DNA of 55,557 bases, counting the filler, from Sphacelaria rigidula (Eukaryota), in NCBI GenBank assembly GCA_964200075.2. It is 5 parts of 5 records of this genome, joined end to end, with 100 filler letters (N's around TTAATTAATTAA, not from the genome) between each part and the next. Parts side by side here need not be neighbours in the genome. Positions count along the whole stretch, not along the records: positions 11,133 to 22,164 come from CAXNAA020005506.1; positions 22,265 to 33,295 come from CAXNAA020005507.1; 3 more parts are not named here. One strand, given 5' to 3'. Below are positions 11,903-24,672 of this stretch, piece after piece; position 1 is the first letter of the stretch, and each line of letters starts with the position of its first letter. The notes beneath the pieces are model-generated. The model was given only the letters and a program-made list of their open reading frames with translations. It searched no databases and had not been told where the DNA came from. The position numbers were made by a program, and so were the translations under genes.

Positions 11903-13204
11903 TAGGACTGTAACTGGAAAACAATCGACGGCGAGCAGCGAAGCCGGGAGCCGCCAACGGCCCCCCCCGGCTGGTGAGGGGCCCCCGCGGGAGCGCTGCC
12001 GGAGGCGAGAAAAATTGTGCTACTTGTCTTGTGTTCCATTCAAAAATGTGGAAAATTGTAGAAAATGTGGCCCCTCACATCGAGGAGCTGAAAGTCGTAG
12101 ATGACACAGGAGTGCCCCCCAAAAAATCCGAGACCCTATGTATCCCCCCCTCCCCTTTCCCCCCCCCCCTCCGGCGGTCGTGGGACTTTTTTTCTTCACG
12201 TTAAGAAGCCCTCACTAAGTAGCCATTTGGGGGCGGCTTGATGAGTGAGGCAGCCCATGATTGTTGGCCCTATCTGCCACCACAAAAAAATGAGACGCAC
12301 ATTGGACGCAAATTGACGGTGCAGAAACATGCGTTTAGCTTGATTGAGCAAGCATTGCAGACCATTGTGGTTCTTGTCTGGTCTTCTTGTCGTAAAAGTG
12401 TGATGTGCAATGCATTGCCGAAACCCATAACCATAACTTGGCCTTACTTGGCTCCGGAGGTATGCGAAGAATTAAAGCATCATGAACACGAAATTTAATT
12501 TTAATACTTCGAAGTATATATTTTAGATTATTTTTTATTCCTTATTTTTTTATTCATGTATGGAATTGTGTGATCGTCCCCTCCTCCCCCGACCAACTCC
12601 AGGAATTGAAAAAAGGGGCATAGGGTCTAAAATTGTTTTGGGCACTTTCGGATGACATTCAACCCCCATTCAAAGCAGTGAGCGATTCGAAAACCATTCA
12701 TCTGTAATATGCATCAGCAGACTCTCCGTGAGGAGAGGAGGATGCAAGCAATTCAAGGCTGGCAGCACGGGGGGATAAGAGCGCAAAATGATTCATGTCC
12801 GGACCCACAAGCACGCATGGAGTTGAAGTGCAAGCCATGGTGCACTTTGTATTTTGTGGTCGCGAATCACCGTTCGTTTGCTGTTTTTTATTCCACATGT
12901 GCTATGAAACGACAAACCTGTCGTATATTCGCAATATCACTTCGAGGTGTAATGACCACGAGTACTGTGCTGTACTGTCTAAACCGGTACTGTTATCAGG
13001 TGTAGACCTCAATCCAACTGTCATTTTGTTCGTAATCATGTAAGCATCCTTGTTATGAGCTCACCATACTGAAAATGGTATAAACATAGCCGGTAAGGGC
13101 AAACTTCAAATAAACTGGATAAACTGGAGTCCTCCTCACCAGTTCCAGTTAAAGTCCAGCTCCAGTTTAACCGCCAGTACAAACTGGTCCAGTTCACAGC
13201 CCTA
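11903..13204. mobile_element. Non-autonomous hAT-type element nested inside the outer hAT
   Basis: TIR TAGGACTGTAACTGGA / TCCAGTTCACAGCCCTA; 8-bp TSD TATATTTG (11895-11902) vs TCTATTTG (13205-13212); subterminal AAACTGG/CCAGTT motifs at about 13110-13195. Confidence 0.7.
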
Positions 13205-14068
13205 TCTATTTGTAGTCATGCTCATATACCCCCCATCTTTCCATATATCGCTATGAATCTGATATATTCAGGGTATATGATATATAGGAGTATATATACT
13301 ACATATCACGTGATTTCTGGCCTGTGTGACGTGTATCACCGGGTATCTGACCTATATGATGATGAAATAACCTGCTGTTTAACCTATTTGGAACATAATG
13401 TGGTGTACAATATTACACACACACATATATATAGTCCCTGCATATATATGTCGCGTTTTCCAGTGATACTCTCGCATCTATGTACCTGTCGTCGTGTCAC
13501 ATCAGTACCTGCCGTTGGTTGGGAACTGTGCCTAGTGTGGCAATTGTATTGGTGACTCCACCAAACGCACCTGCTCCGAGGTTACATTCACATATGTGAA
13601 GTGCAGACGTGCAGACAGCAGTAGCATTGCGATCAGTAACGACAATGACATGTATCATAAGAATATGCATGTTCCACTTTATTATTGCTGGCGCCCCACA
13701 CGTGATCCCTCCGACCTCCGACCTTCAGGGCATATCACAGTTCAGGCGATAGGCGACTATAATGATACAGTGCTCCTTCGGCCGACTGCAACCGGACGAA
13801 CCCCGACCGAAAAATCAAACCAAAGAAAGAAAAACTAGAGCAAGTCTAAACATCGAAAGTTCAGGTGCAAGGGGAAAAAACACCGGAAGTTCGATTCACC
13901 TGGCACGGAGTTGCACTACTCCGAAACCCCGAGAAAATAAATTTCACCACCCGCTAGCTACCTCCCGCCCCCCACTCGTTACGAGAAGCACGTGCCGATC
14001 CTCATCCGATAGTCTCCACCGCTATTGCGCTAATTATTTTGCAATAACACTGCCGTGGAGGACTGCAA

Positions 14069-14173
14069 TTACCACAGATGCTGCTTGGAGTGTAGGAAAA
14101 TGATGTTTTCGGCGTTGTCATCCGAAAGAGTCGCGCGTTTCACGGTAATAGTGTTCCCTGCTATCGAAAAAAG
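14069..14173 (-). pseudogene. hAT transposase C-terminal dimerisation-domain fragment
   Basis: Translates LFSIAGNTITVKRATLSDDNAENIIFLHSKQHLW*, matching the hAT consensus ER-x-FS-x-AG-x-(T/I)-x-T-x-x-R-x-x-L...E-x-L-x-FL. Confidence 0.75.
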
Positions 14174-16422
14174 GCACCCCGAAGATCCCGAAAGAAAGGC
14201 TCATCGCCGGTGAGATTGATGGGATCTGGACGACTCCGGTTTGCTGGAGGGTCCTTGTCGGCGCTGGTGTTGGCAGTGGTCGAAGACGGTTGGGGGCGGT
14301 GTTGGGGGTGGGCGCAGTCGAAGGCGACTGCTGCTGAGGCTTGCCTTTAGCCGGGGATGAAGGTGCCTGAGCGTCGCTCATCGCGTCAAACCTTCACCTC
14401 AGTAATAAAAGTCTGACACACGTGTTCGTCCCCTTTTGTGTACAGTAGGCGGTCCAAGTTATCGCGCACTGTAGAGCACATTGCACCCATATAAGACGAT
14501 ATCTTACATGCATCACGTAATGCAGTCATATATACAGTGTAGATCACCTGATATAGGCAAAAAGCTGTTCAGTATCACCTGATATAGGCCTATATATCAC
14601 CTGATATGGGCCTATATATCATTCATATACCACATATCATATACCCTTCTAGTCACATTTTGCTAAAAAAGCTCCATGTAGGGTATATGATATGAAGTCA
14701 TGAAAAATATCATTTTATATCATATACCCTCCGAAAAAACATGACTAAGGTATATGAAATATCACATAGTATAGGGGGGTATATATAGGCTAGGCCTATA
14801 TCTATACCAGGCTCTAATCAGGTGAAAATTTCCCCCTGTTTTTTTATCGCTTGACCGCTTTGCGTTGAAAAAATCCGTGTTCGGCCAAAAATGAAAGTAC
14901 GGCCAGCGGGGAATGCAAAGTTGCCCTGGAATGGCTTCAATGAGTAGAGCAATTCATTCCAAGGCGTCAACAGCCGCCAAGCCCTCTTTTCAGGCGTAAA
15001 ACGACGGAGAAGGGCCAAAAAGGCAGGTTTCGACTGCAATTTTGAACGGCTTCCACTAGAGTCGGTGTTATCAAATTGTTTTCGACTCGAAAACGTACGG
15101 TTTGCTCGTACCTGATACGTCCACGGCATTCATGTTCTCAACCATGTGAGAAAATGAGTAGCGTGGACGAATCAGAAACGAGCGCATTCGATTCGACCGC
15201 ACGTTATCAACACGAAAACGGTTTGATAAGAAACGGCCTCACCCGGCCTGAGGTGCATCTCATTGAAAAAAAAAATCGACTCGAAAACATGCGGCCGAAT
15301 TGAACTGGTTGTTACGAGGCATATTCTGATACGTCCACGGCATTTACGTTCCTAGATGGCTTCAAGTCCATTTTATAATAAGTTGCGCGCGACGGGCAGG
15401 GTCAAAAACAGAAAAGCTTGGCTTTGTCGAGCGAAACGAGCGGCGGAATGAACGAAGCGATACGTAGCTCCCATGTTGCAGACAACCGTTCCAGACACTA
15501 CCCTTTCACGGAGGCACGCAAAACCCAAATGGTTCATTCGCAGCTACCTACTCAACCTTGCGGCACAGATGACGAACTGAGCGCAGGGATACATGCCCTG
15601 TAGAGATAGAAATTGACACCACCACTCTCTGTTTTGGCATGATGTGCTCCTTTTTGTTGGCGAAACTTAGGCATCTAATTACGTGGCAGGGTCCACCGAC
15701 GGTGTTGCGTGTTGGGGTGGGCGATCGAATTGCCAACGCGCTCACGCACAGTCGAGGCGGTGCAAAACTGCACATGGTTCAAATCTTCTCCGCATCCTCC
15801 TGTATGCAGAGAGTCAAAAAGCTGTGCTCTGTCGAATCTGCTGTATGTCGCGTTGCCCTCTTCTTTTCCACATCGCGCCCGCATGCTGCGCGAAACACAC
15901 ACATCATCTACACGACACAGTAGTAGTACAGGCCGCCGCTGTTGTACAGTCTGTACTGTCTGTACTGTACTATATATAGATGAATAAGTACCCAGGTTGC
16001 AAACAACCCTGCCAGATGCTATTTGTTACAGAGTTTCGAAAAGACAAATCAGAACTCAGGGATAAGGAAAAACTCAGGGTTATCAAGAAAGTTGGGATTT
16101 AAGGCCAGGATATGACGAATTCCTGTAGGTAAACCCCGAAAACTCAACCCTGAGAAAAGATATGCGCAGCAACTCAGGGTTAATTTTCCAAATTTCAAAT
16201 AAACCCTGAGTTGCTGAACACCCCTAATGGTTGATGCCACACTCAGTGGTATGAAACGGAACTAGACACCCTGCCCCATCACGACCAAGCTTACAGAACA
16301 CAGTCGTACCGTGCGTAGGACAAATATCGTAAGTGAGGCGATGGCGAATACCGTGAACGCCCGCGACAGCGTTGGTGATGACAGCTCGTTCACGAGGGTG
16401 AACCAAGACTACGAGGAGCATT

Positions 16423-16688
16423 TGGAGGCGAACGGGGGAACCGAGACACCAGTCGACCTGGCTTATGATGATGCGAAAGGGCGGGAGTCGGCCGCTCAAG
16501 CAGCTGCTACGGTGACTTGACAAAATGGCCACCCAACGTGAAGCTTGCGTTCGCTCGCGCAGGTACAGCACCGTTGTGTGGCCATTTTGTCGAGATCCTC
16601 GTAGCGTCTGCATGAGTGACCCACTTCAGCCCTTCCACGTCATCTTTAGCCAGGTCGACAGGTGTCTCTGTTCCCCTGTTCGCCGCCA
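16423..16688. repeat. ~265-nt imperfect inverted repeat (hairpin)
   Basis: Arms about 16423-16538 and 16572-16688 are reverse complements (e.g. GACAAAATGGCCAC / GTGGCCATTTTGTC; GTCGACCTGGCT / AGCCAGGTCGAC). Confidence 0.8.
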
Positions 16689-17024
16689 CGCAGCTAGGAT
16701 TACTGCGTATCATGAACCTTCATCGGGAAATACTATACTTTCTCATAGTGTGCAAACGTACACACGGGCATGCTCACACTTTTACTACAGACATTAGTAC
16801 AGTACACACTACTTACTACAGGAAGCATACAAAACTGTCTGCAGACAGCACAGTCAGTGCAACAACAGTACTACAACAGTACAAATCTCAGCTGTCTCAA
16901 TAGTGCTGTACGACACACCGACATGTGCAGGACTTGTGAATGACTTTCGGGCGCCGAGGTGCACTGCCCTTGCACCCAACGCTGTGTACGGTGCCGGGTT
17001 CGTATCCGGAGGCTGTGTTGACGA

Positions 17025-17245
17025 TACTGTGTATGAGTTGTCGTCCCATCTATTCTGGACGCCGGTCTACACCTCGCGGTATACGTGGGTGCACCAGCCG
17101 GGGTCACAGGAGGAGGGCCAACACAGGAGTTTTTTCATTTTTTGTTTGTTTTCAGTACTCCACCTTTCTTCTGCGGTGCTTGCCTCTATATTTTATCGCA
17201 AGGGGGGTTCAGCAGTCCTTTTCCCTTGTCGACCGTTAAGTCGAA
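17025..17245 (-). repeat. Dispersed repeat, SINE-like body (reverse complement of about 41768-41990)
   Basis: Direct similarity over about 220 bp to the sequence that follows the tRNA-like head at 41556. Confidence 0.65.
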
Positions 17246-18671
17246 AATACTGCTGTCGTGTATTCAACGGTACGGGGGCAGCATAAACAACTGGAGTCAT
17301 GCTAGGATAGGACGGGGGGTATTGTGGGCCGTTGCTTCCACTAACTTTAACTTCGAATCGATTTTTGGAGCAACGACCTTCAGAACGGGCGTGTTGCCGA
17401 TAAATAACGCTCATTCATACTGCTTGACGCCATTTTACCCAAATACACGCGCACGGCGAGTGTGTCGGATTGTGCGAAACATCTATGAGTCTTTTCCCCC
17501 TGGAATCAAACACCCAACCTATGGTAGCACCGCTCTGTATGTACTCTCCTGCGCTGTACGGGTAACACCGCATGGGTGGGCGCAGAGTACAAGCGCAGAA
17601 AAACACGGCGCAACTTGTACCTTTTGAACTCATGACACCGACCACGTGGCATTCGGAACAGAAAATACAAAACCCTGAAAAATTTGCCACGGTCCACACC
17701 TACGTGGTGAAAAAAATAAAAACAAACCTTGGGTTTAAGCGTAAACAATCCAGTCCTTTCTCGCTGGTACCCCTGAGTTCATTTTTTTTTCTTCTGAAAC
17801 TCTTAATTTTATCCTTTCACAGAATTGCGCAAAACCCAAGTAGTTCATTCGAGCTCCGTACCCAACACTGGGGCATAGATCACGTACTCAGCACAGGGAT
17901 ATATACTGCAGCAGTGACAGGAAACCGACACCACCACACTTTCAGCATGATGTGCTTCTTCTTGTTGGCAAAAACTTGGGCATCTAGTTTTGTGGCAGGG
18001 TCCACCGACGGAGTTGCGTGTCGGGGTCGGCGGTCGAATTGCCAACGCGCTCATGGACAGTAGAGGTGGTGAAAAACTGCACGTAGTTCAAGTCTGCTTC
18101 GCATCCTCCTGTATGCAGAGAGTCAGAAAGCTGTGCTGTCAGTCAAATCTGCGGTGTGTCGCGTTGCCCGCTTCTTTTCCACATCGCGCCCGCATGCTGT
18201 GCGAAACAAACACCATCTGGACAGCAGGACAGCACAGGCCGCCACTCTTGTTGTGCAGTCTGTGCTGTCTGCTCTGTACTGTTGTCTATTGAATATAGGT
18301 AAATAAGTACCGCTTCACGAGTTTCGCTTCGCCTTTTCGATCTAAAGCGTGCAAATTCGCTCGAGCTCAAACATAGCAAAGCGAAGTGAATCAATTCCGC
18401 CGCACGAACTCGTTCGAGTCGGAGAAAATTTGATAAGACACGGTCTGCCTCGTAGTCCAGCTGTGCCCTTTGAACGCCAACGCCCGGGCTAGATATCGTT
18501 GCCCGTATATGCCGGTTCCTCCGCATTTCTTGTCCGCTGACAGTCCCCCGAGATTTCCAAGCATTTATTTTGGTGCAATACGCGCAGATGGTGGGCGTAT
18601 GTTCGGTGAATACCACTACCAAAGCGACACCCCCAGGTCACTCTACTGTCTATTTTGACACCCTTCGGCAC

Positions 18672-19594
18672 CAATAGTATAAGTAGTCAGCATCAGAAGT
18701 CTTCAGAATTCGTAGTTGTTGTAGTTTTCGAGTTTTTCTCGAGTGCTATTTTTCATTACCACTTGCAAGTGCTAGCGCCGGTAGATATAGGGGGGGAAAG
18801 GGTAGGCCGCGCTCAAACTGCAGTGCCCGAGTTCGTGTTTCGGGGCGGTACGGACTAGGTGCCACGTTTTTCAGGAGGGTGTTATTGACAGTTTTTGATC
18901 AAATAAAAACAGTTTTCCGGCTCTTCCACAACGAAACAGTGAATATTCAGATAAATGAAAACAAATGAAAATTTTCATGATAACGATCGGGATCGTGTTT
19001 CCCTCGTATACTGCACAGACCTCAGTCTGGCATTTTCTGCGGATGGCCTCTTTTCGTTTTTTTTCCGCATAACATTTTCCATGAGCACTCGAAAATGCTA
19101 GCTTCGATACTTTTGGCAAAATAAGCAGACCTTGCTTAAATCACAACGCCCAAGTTGGTGTTGTGGGGGTGATACGGAGCAAAGACCCCGTTTTTCAGGA
19201 GGGTGTTATTGACCGTGAATGATCCAAGAAACGTGGTTTTCCGGCTTAAGCGCAGTGAATAGGTGGAATAAAAAAAAAACACATTTGTGAGTCTTCCCTT
19301 ATATGATCGGGACCGAGTCAGTCCACCGAGAATACCGGAAAGCTAGAACCTGGGGTTGCACTTTCGCCGGACCCCCAAAGATCGGTCGAGCGCGTCAGTC
19401 ACTCAATATTGATCGCAGATATTTTTTCTTTCAATATTTTTCATGAGGATTAAACTATCTCCAGATTCCCATTTTTGGCATCCAACAGTCACTGTGATGA
19501 GCCGTGGCAAGCGAAACAATTTTTGGATAATCTTTGAGAAACTAAGAAATTACGAATTCTGCATACTTCTGACGGTGACTATTTATAACGACTG
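18672..19594. mobile_element. TIR-bounded non-autonomous element
   Basis: About 43-bp diverged TIRs (...TAGTCAGCATCAGAAGTCTTCAGAATTCGTA / TACGAATTCTGCATACTTCTGACGGTGACTA...); internal duplication TTTTTCAGGAGGGTGTTATTGAC at about 18867 and 19191; TSD not recognisable. Confidence 0.5.
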
Positions 19595-20559
19595 CAATAC
19601 GCTACCAAGTTAGTTATGTATTGTATCATCCAGACCTACACTGCCCGGTAAATGAGCTGTCGCCCCCAAGAACGTATATTATCCGCTACCACGTCCTACG
19701 CTCCGCGCCCATAGGTCGACCTCTGCATTGAAATGTATAGCGTCACTGAAGTATAGGGCCTATCTACAGGATGTGTGCGCGTTTTTTTTCGTTGATAAAA
19801 AGTGCGATGGAATTGATTGCCGCGAATTCGTTCGTTTCGCGCGTTCGTTTCAAGCGAATCTGCAAGCTTTCAATGGAGAAAAGATAGTCAACGTGAAGAG
19901 GTACTTGTTCGCTTGTCCACAGTGCAGACAGTACCGTCTGTGCTGTCTACACTGTTTGCATGCAGGTTATCTGCGTGTCTGTGCGTGTTTCGTACAGTAG
20001 GATGTCCGTGAGCGTGTGCCCAAGTCGCGGGCCCACCCTACCACGCAATTCCGTCGCCGACCTCTAGATTGAATGACGATGCTCAAGCTTTCGCCAACAA
20101 AAAAAACACACACACCATACTCAAGTAATTCAGCAGTGTATGCCTCCCTGTGCTCAACTCGTGCTCTATGCCGCAGGGTTGCGGTGGGAGCTGAAAACGA
20201 CTTGTGTGGGGTTTACATGGCTCTGTGAAGGGGTGGTAACTGGCGTGATGATCTCCGGTACGAGTATAGCATTCAAGTCCCCCTTCGCACCTTTTCTCCG
20301 CACTTTTTTTCCGATCGAGAACGCGTAGCTTTTTTGTCCTTTACTTCTTGTCCGCGAGCCACTATTTACAGTTCATAGTTAAGGCGGTTCATAGTTAAGG
20401 CGAGCTAGGAACAGATATGCCGTGGACTCATCAGATATAAATGATTTTTTCCATCGCACTTTCTTCGATCGAAAAACAAATGGCCAGCCTGAGGCTGTGT
20501 CTTTGCATTTTGTGCTTCAATCGAAAAAGGAAAAAGTGCAGTGAAGAAACATTTTTTTC

Positions 20560-21050
20560 CCCCGATCTGAGGCCGCTCCTTATAACAGACAACAATAAAG
20601 ATATGGAAAGTGCCTTTTTTGAGCTTTTACGTCGTTTTACGCCCCAAAAGAAAGCTAGGCGGAGTTTGATACCCTGAAATGACTTGCTCTACTAGTTGAG
20701 GTGGTTCCAGTACATCTTGCCGTTTTCCGGTGGCCGCAGTTTTAATTTTGACCAAACAAGACTTTTTGTCCAAGAACGGTAAAAACAGTCAAATCCAGAG
20801 AAAAGTGGCGATTTTTCCAAGATTTGACTGTTTTTACCGTTCTTGGACAAAAAATCTTGTTTGGTCAAATTCAAAACTGCGGCCACCGGAAAACGGGAAG
20901 ATGTCGTGGAACGGCCTCAACTACTCGAGCAAGTCATTCCAAGGTGTTGGACTCCGCGAGCTCTCTTTTGGGGCGTAACACGAAATAAAAGCTCCAAAAA
21001 GGCACTTTCCCTGATTTTTATTTTTGCTTATTATAAGAAGCGGCCTGATA
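20560..21050. repeat. ~490-bp foldback (arms ~235 bp, ~25-nt loop)
   Basis: The inner arms are near-perfect reverse complements (TTTTTGTCCAAGAACGGTAAAAACAGTCAAATC / GATTTGACTGTTTTTACCGTTCTTGGACAAAAA). Family members at about 11590-11800 plus 14825-15060 and 10010-10500. Confidence 0.85.
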
Positions 21051-22123
21051 GATGGTGATTTCGACAAAAATGAAAATAGTTGAAATCCCAAAGCACGACC
21101 TGTCAGATCGGAATTTTCCTTTTCCATCGCACATTTTCGAGATAATTTTCTTGGTGAAACACGCCCTGAAACACGGCCTAACACCTCGCAATCCAAGATT
21201 CAATAGAAATGGATTGGGGTGCATATCCCATCAGATCGTGCAAGTATGGCACGAAGGTCCCGCGGCGCAATTATATTGACGGCGCAGCCGTATGAGCCGC
21301 AGGGCGACTGGGAAGCGCTTTGATGTCTAGTTGGAGGAATGCGTCACTGGCGCATTCACTGCAGGCAATATAGCGGCACTCCGCCGAAGGATAGAGTAAG
21401 CTACCGAATGTACAGCCCCCGATCACCCTTCGCAGTCTTGAACGGTTCGTGTGTCAGCAGCGGGGTTGCGCTATCGGGGTTAGTTGCGGTCGCCCTTTGC
21501 AGACGTCCACAGGACGTTTTTACTCGCTCTCGGAACGATAAGCAGAAATAAGTGTAGTAGCGACCCGTATGCCTGCTGTGCTGCTACGAGTGTACGCTAC
21601 GGCACCGTCTGCATGATAGGTCTCGCGGTCTGGTGGGTTATTATGAACACATGACTGACAGAGCGCAAGCATGTTGCCAACGTGGCACTAAGCTTTCGAG
21701 TGTATCTTGTTTGTTCGACGGAATTTTTTCCCAGTGATGACCACAGGAACAACGAGAATCCAAGAGGACGAGAAACCTGAGCGATTTCCAAAACGAAACA
21801 CAGCAGTCGGCGTAAATATAATAATGGCGGAGGTCGGCATCGTGCCCCGGGTAGTTGCCAGTACAACGGACCGTGTGACGGAGCGTGTACATTATCATGC
21901 GGCCAGGCGTCGAATAGCCCCTATATTCATCTCGTGGTTGAGCGTTTCAACAAACAGTCCTTTTGTTGTGCATGCTGCTGCATTCCGCGATAGCGGGTGT
22001 ATTCAGTCACGTGATCTTGGGGCAATCATCGCTGTTGATGTAAACAAATGCTGCGGGTGATGGGAGATTTCTACATCACAGTGTATATAATTACCGGTCG
22101 GTCACACCCTTGCCTTTCCGACT

Positions 22124-22154
<31 letters not shown>

Positions 22155-22965
22155 AGGAGGCACANNNNNNNNNNNNNNNNNNNNNNNNNNNNNNNNNNNN
22201 NNNNNNNNTTAATTAATTAANNNNNNNNNNNNNNNNNNNNNNNNNNNNNNNNNNNNNNNNNNNNGGTGGCTTGTTTTACAGCGCCGTTGCCACTCGACGC
22301 TAACCCAAGAGTCTAGAGGTGAGGGGGTTGGGGGGGGATTTGGGGCGTTTTCTTCCACGAAATTCTACTTGCAGTTGTCTTTGATAGCAGCAACGGTTGT
22401 TTGAACCCGCTCGCTCCCGATCAATAACGCTCGTTCATACTGCTTGACACCGCTTTTACCCGAATACAAGCGCACCGCGAGTGTTTAGCGTCATCTGAAG
22501 CACCTAGCAGCCCGTTTTTTCGTGGAATCGAACACCCCCCCCCCCCTATATCGTAGCATGACATAGCTACCTGTTCAAACGTTTGTCTCCCACCGGAACG
22601 TGGACTCTGAAGTCAGCGTGTCACCAGCATCATTCTCCTCGAGGTTTGTTGACTAACACCGTGATGAGAATTTGCACCCTGACAAGTCAGTAAATTGTGC
22701 GGAACGGGGGTGGCTCATGGGTCGACACCAAACAGCACTGCTATCAAATGTCAATGTACTACTCGAGTAAAATTCTCCGCTTAAGTAGAGCTCTGATCTC
22801 CCTGTGTGTGTGTGTATGTGATGCTTGGATACAATCAAAACGAGCTTTGAAGCTTATACATGTGCAGATACGCATATGAAGTTGAAGATTCTAGGTTCAA
22901 GCTCGTCGAGTAGCCCAGCATGACTATTTGCTCGTCGGGTTGCTGACGCCTCGACTCAAGTCGTT

Positions 22966-23455
22966 CACCACGAGAAATGACTCGAGTGCTCGACCTATTG
23001 ATTGATTTCACCACAAGCAATGACTCGAGTGCTCGACCTGTTAATTATTTCCACCACGAGCAATTACTCGATTGCTCGCCCCGGTATTTTGTTTCACCAC
23101 GAGCAATGACTCGAATACTCGCCCCATTGATTTTCCCACAACGAGCAAAGACTCGAGTGCTTGACCTCTTGATTTTTTCCACCACGAGCCATGACTCCCA
23201 TGACTTATTTTCACCACGAGCAATGCCTCGAGTGCTCGCCCTCTTGACTTTTGCTACCACGAGCAATGACTCGAGTACTCGCCCTATGAAGTTTTTCTAC
23301 CACGAGCAACGACTCGGGTACTCCATCTATTATTTAATTTCCATAACGAGCCATGACTCGAATGCTCGCCCTCAGAATTGTTTTTACCACGAGCAATGAC
23401 TGGAATGGTCACTATATTAATGTTTCCACCACGAGCAATGACTCGAGTACTCGAG
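22966..23455. repeat. Tandem array of ~12 units (~42 bp) with conserved dyad core CCACCACGAGCAATGACTCGAGTGCTCG
   Basis: Core recurs about every 42 nt; CGAGCA...TGCTCG dyad; T-rich variable linkers of about 13-15 nt. Confidence 0.9.
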
Positions 23456-23575
23456 GACCTTCAAAAACGGCCCATGAGCAGCCAAACGAGTGTGAGTGCA
23501 CGAGTCATACTCACGCTCGTCCGACGTATGCAATTGTTCGAAAAATGTCATTATCTTTTTTTTTCATGTGTCAAA

Positions 23576-23606
<31 letters not shown>

Positions 23607-24339
23607 CTTTGCCTAGCGCACACTACTGTGTGCACCTCTCTTGTCCGAGGTTTCTAGCGTTGCCTTGGGTTGGGTTTCTTGGTTATAGTATAATAGGGTT
23701 AGCTTTCATTTTTGTTTTTGAAAAACAAAACATGTTTTCATTTTTTTACCCGGTTAATATCAATAATAATTAATTAATTATTGTTTGGGGATGGTTGAAT
23801 GGTTGGTTGGTTGGTTGGTTGGCTGGTTTTGTATTTTATTTTTTGGAGAAAGGAAAGACAATATATTGTTCAAGGAATAATTGCTCAAGAAGCACTGGCG
23901 AAAACCGAAACATGTGGTGGGCTTGCGACGTTCGTGTATTTGCGCCGGCTGCCTTGCCAGCCCTGTACCGATGACCTCGGATGCTGGCCATGCTCACGCA
24001 CATGTATGCGCACGAGTGTAAAGGGGCGACAGCCTGTAGTCAAAGTAGCATCGTTACCTTACGCCTTACCAAACTTGGGGAAGCAGCCTGTCCACAAGGT
24101 ACATCGGGGCCTTTGCTAGCAGGGGGAGCTGCTAGAGATGAGCTGGGGGGCGGCGGCGTGTCCGCCATCTCAGCGGTCTCCATGCTAAGCATCTGTGTGC
24201 ACAGCATCTGACTGCGTCCGCCAACGCCTCCGCTATAAAGTAGGAGATCACATTCTAGGTACCCCCCCTCAAAAACTCGAACTTTTGATCGTGGGGCCAA
24301 CGTGTTCAGAATGTTTTCCCCGACAGACCCTTGGTTTGC

Positions 24340-24672
24340 CTCCAAAAGAGTGCTTTCTCCGACCTAAAGCTATGACCAATGACTTCCATGCATCATGCGC
24401 CCGGACCCCTCCCCTCCGAAACTATTTTTGGGGGTTTTCCGTTCCCCTTTCGTCGGAAAGGTATGTGCGACAGTACTTTTTTGCCTCAGTTTCGGGGTGA
24501 AAACGGGGACGCTCTAAGGCCGAAAATAAATGGTGTTATCGTACATACCCTTTGATGGGACGGGAGACGGGAAACCCTCAGAAAGAGTTTCAGGGAGATC
24601 GGGGGGCATGAGGTTGTCCATATAAAAGTCATTCATCATGAGTGTAGGTAAGGAAAAGCACTCTTTCGGAGT
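24340..24672. repeat. Diverged foldback/MITE-like repeat (single-arm relatives at about 25240-25430 and 33920-34110)
   Basis: TCCAAAAGAGTGCTTT...AATGACTT is mirrored by AAGTCATT...AAAGCACTCTTTCGGA. Confidence 0.6.

Larger units (their letters stand above)
11809..14816 (-). mobile_element. Non-autonomous hAT transposon (outer)
   Basis: TIR TACAGCCTGGTAT / ATACCAGGCTCTA; perfect 8-bp TSD ATCAGGTG at 11801-11808 and 14817-14824; contains a hAT dimerisation-domain remnant. Confidence 0.85.

Noticed and set aside
22966..23455. CRISPR array
   Set aside because: Eukaryotic context, no cas genes, linkers only about 14 nt and compositionally alike, repeats degenerate throughout.
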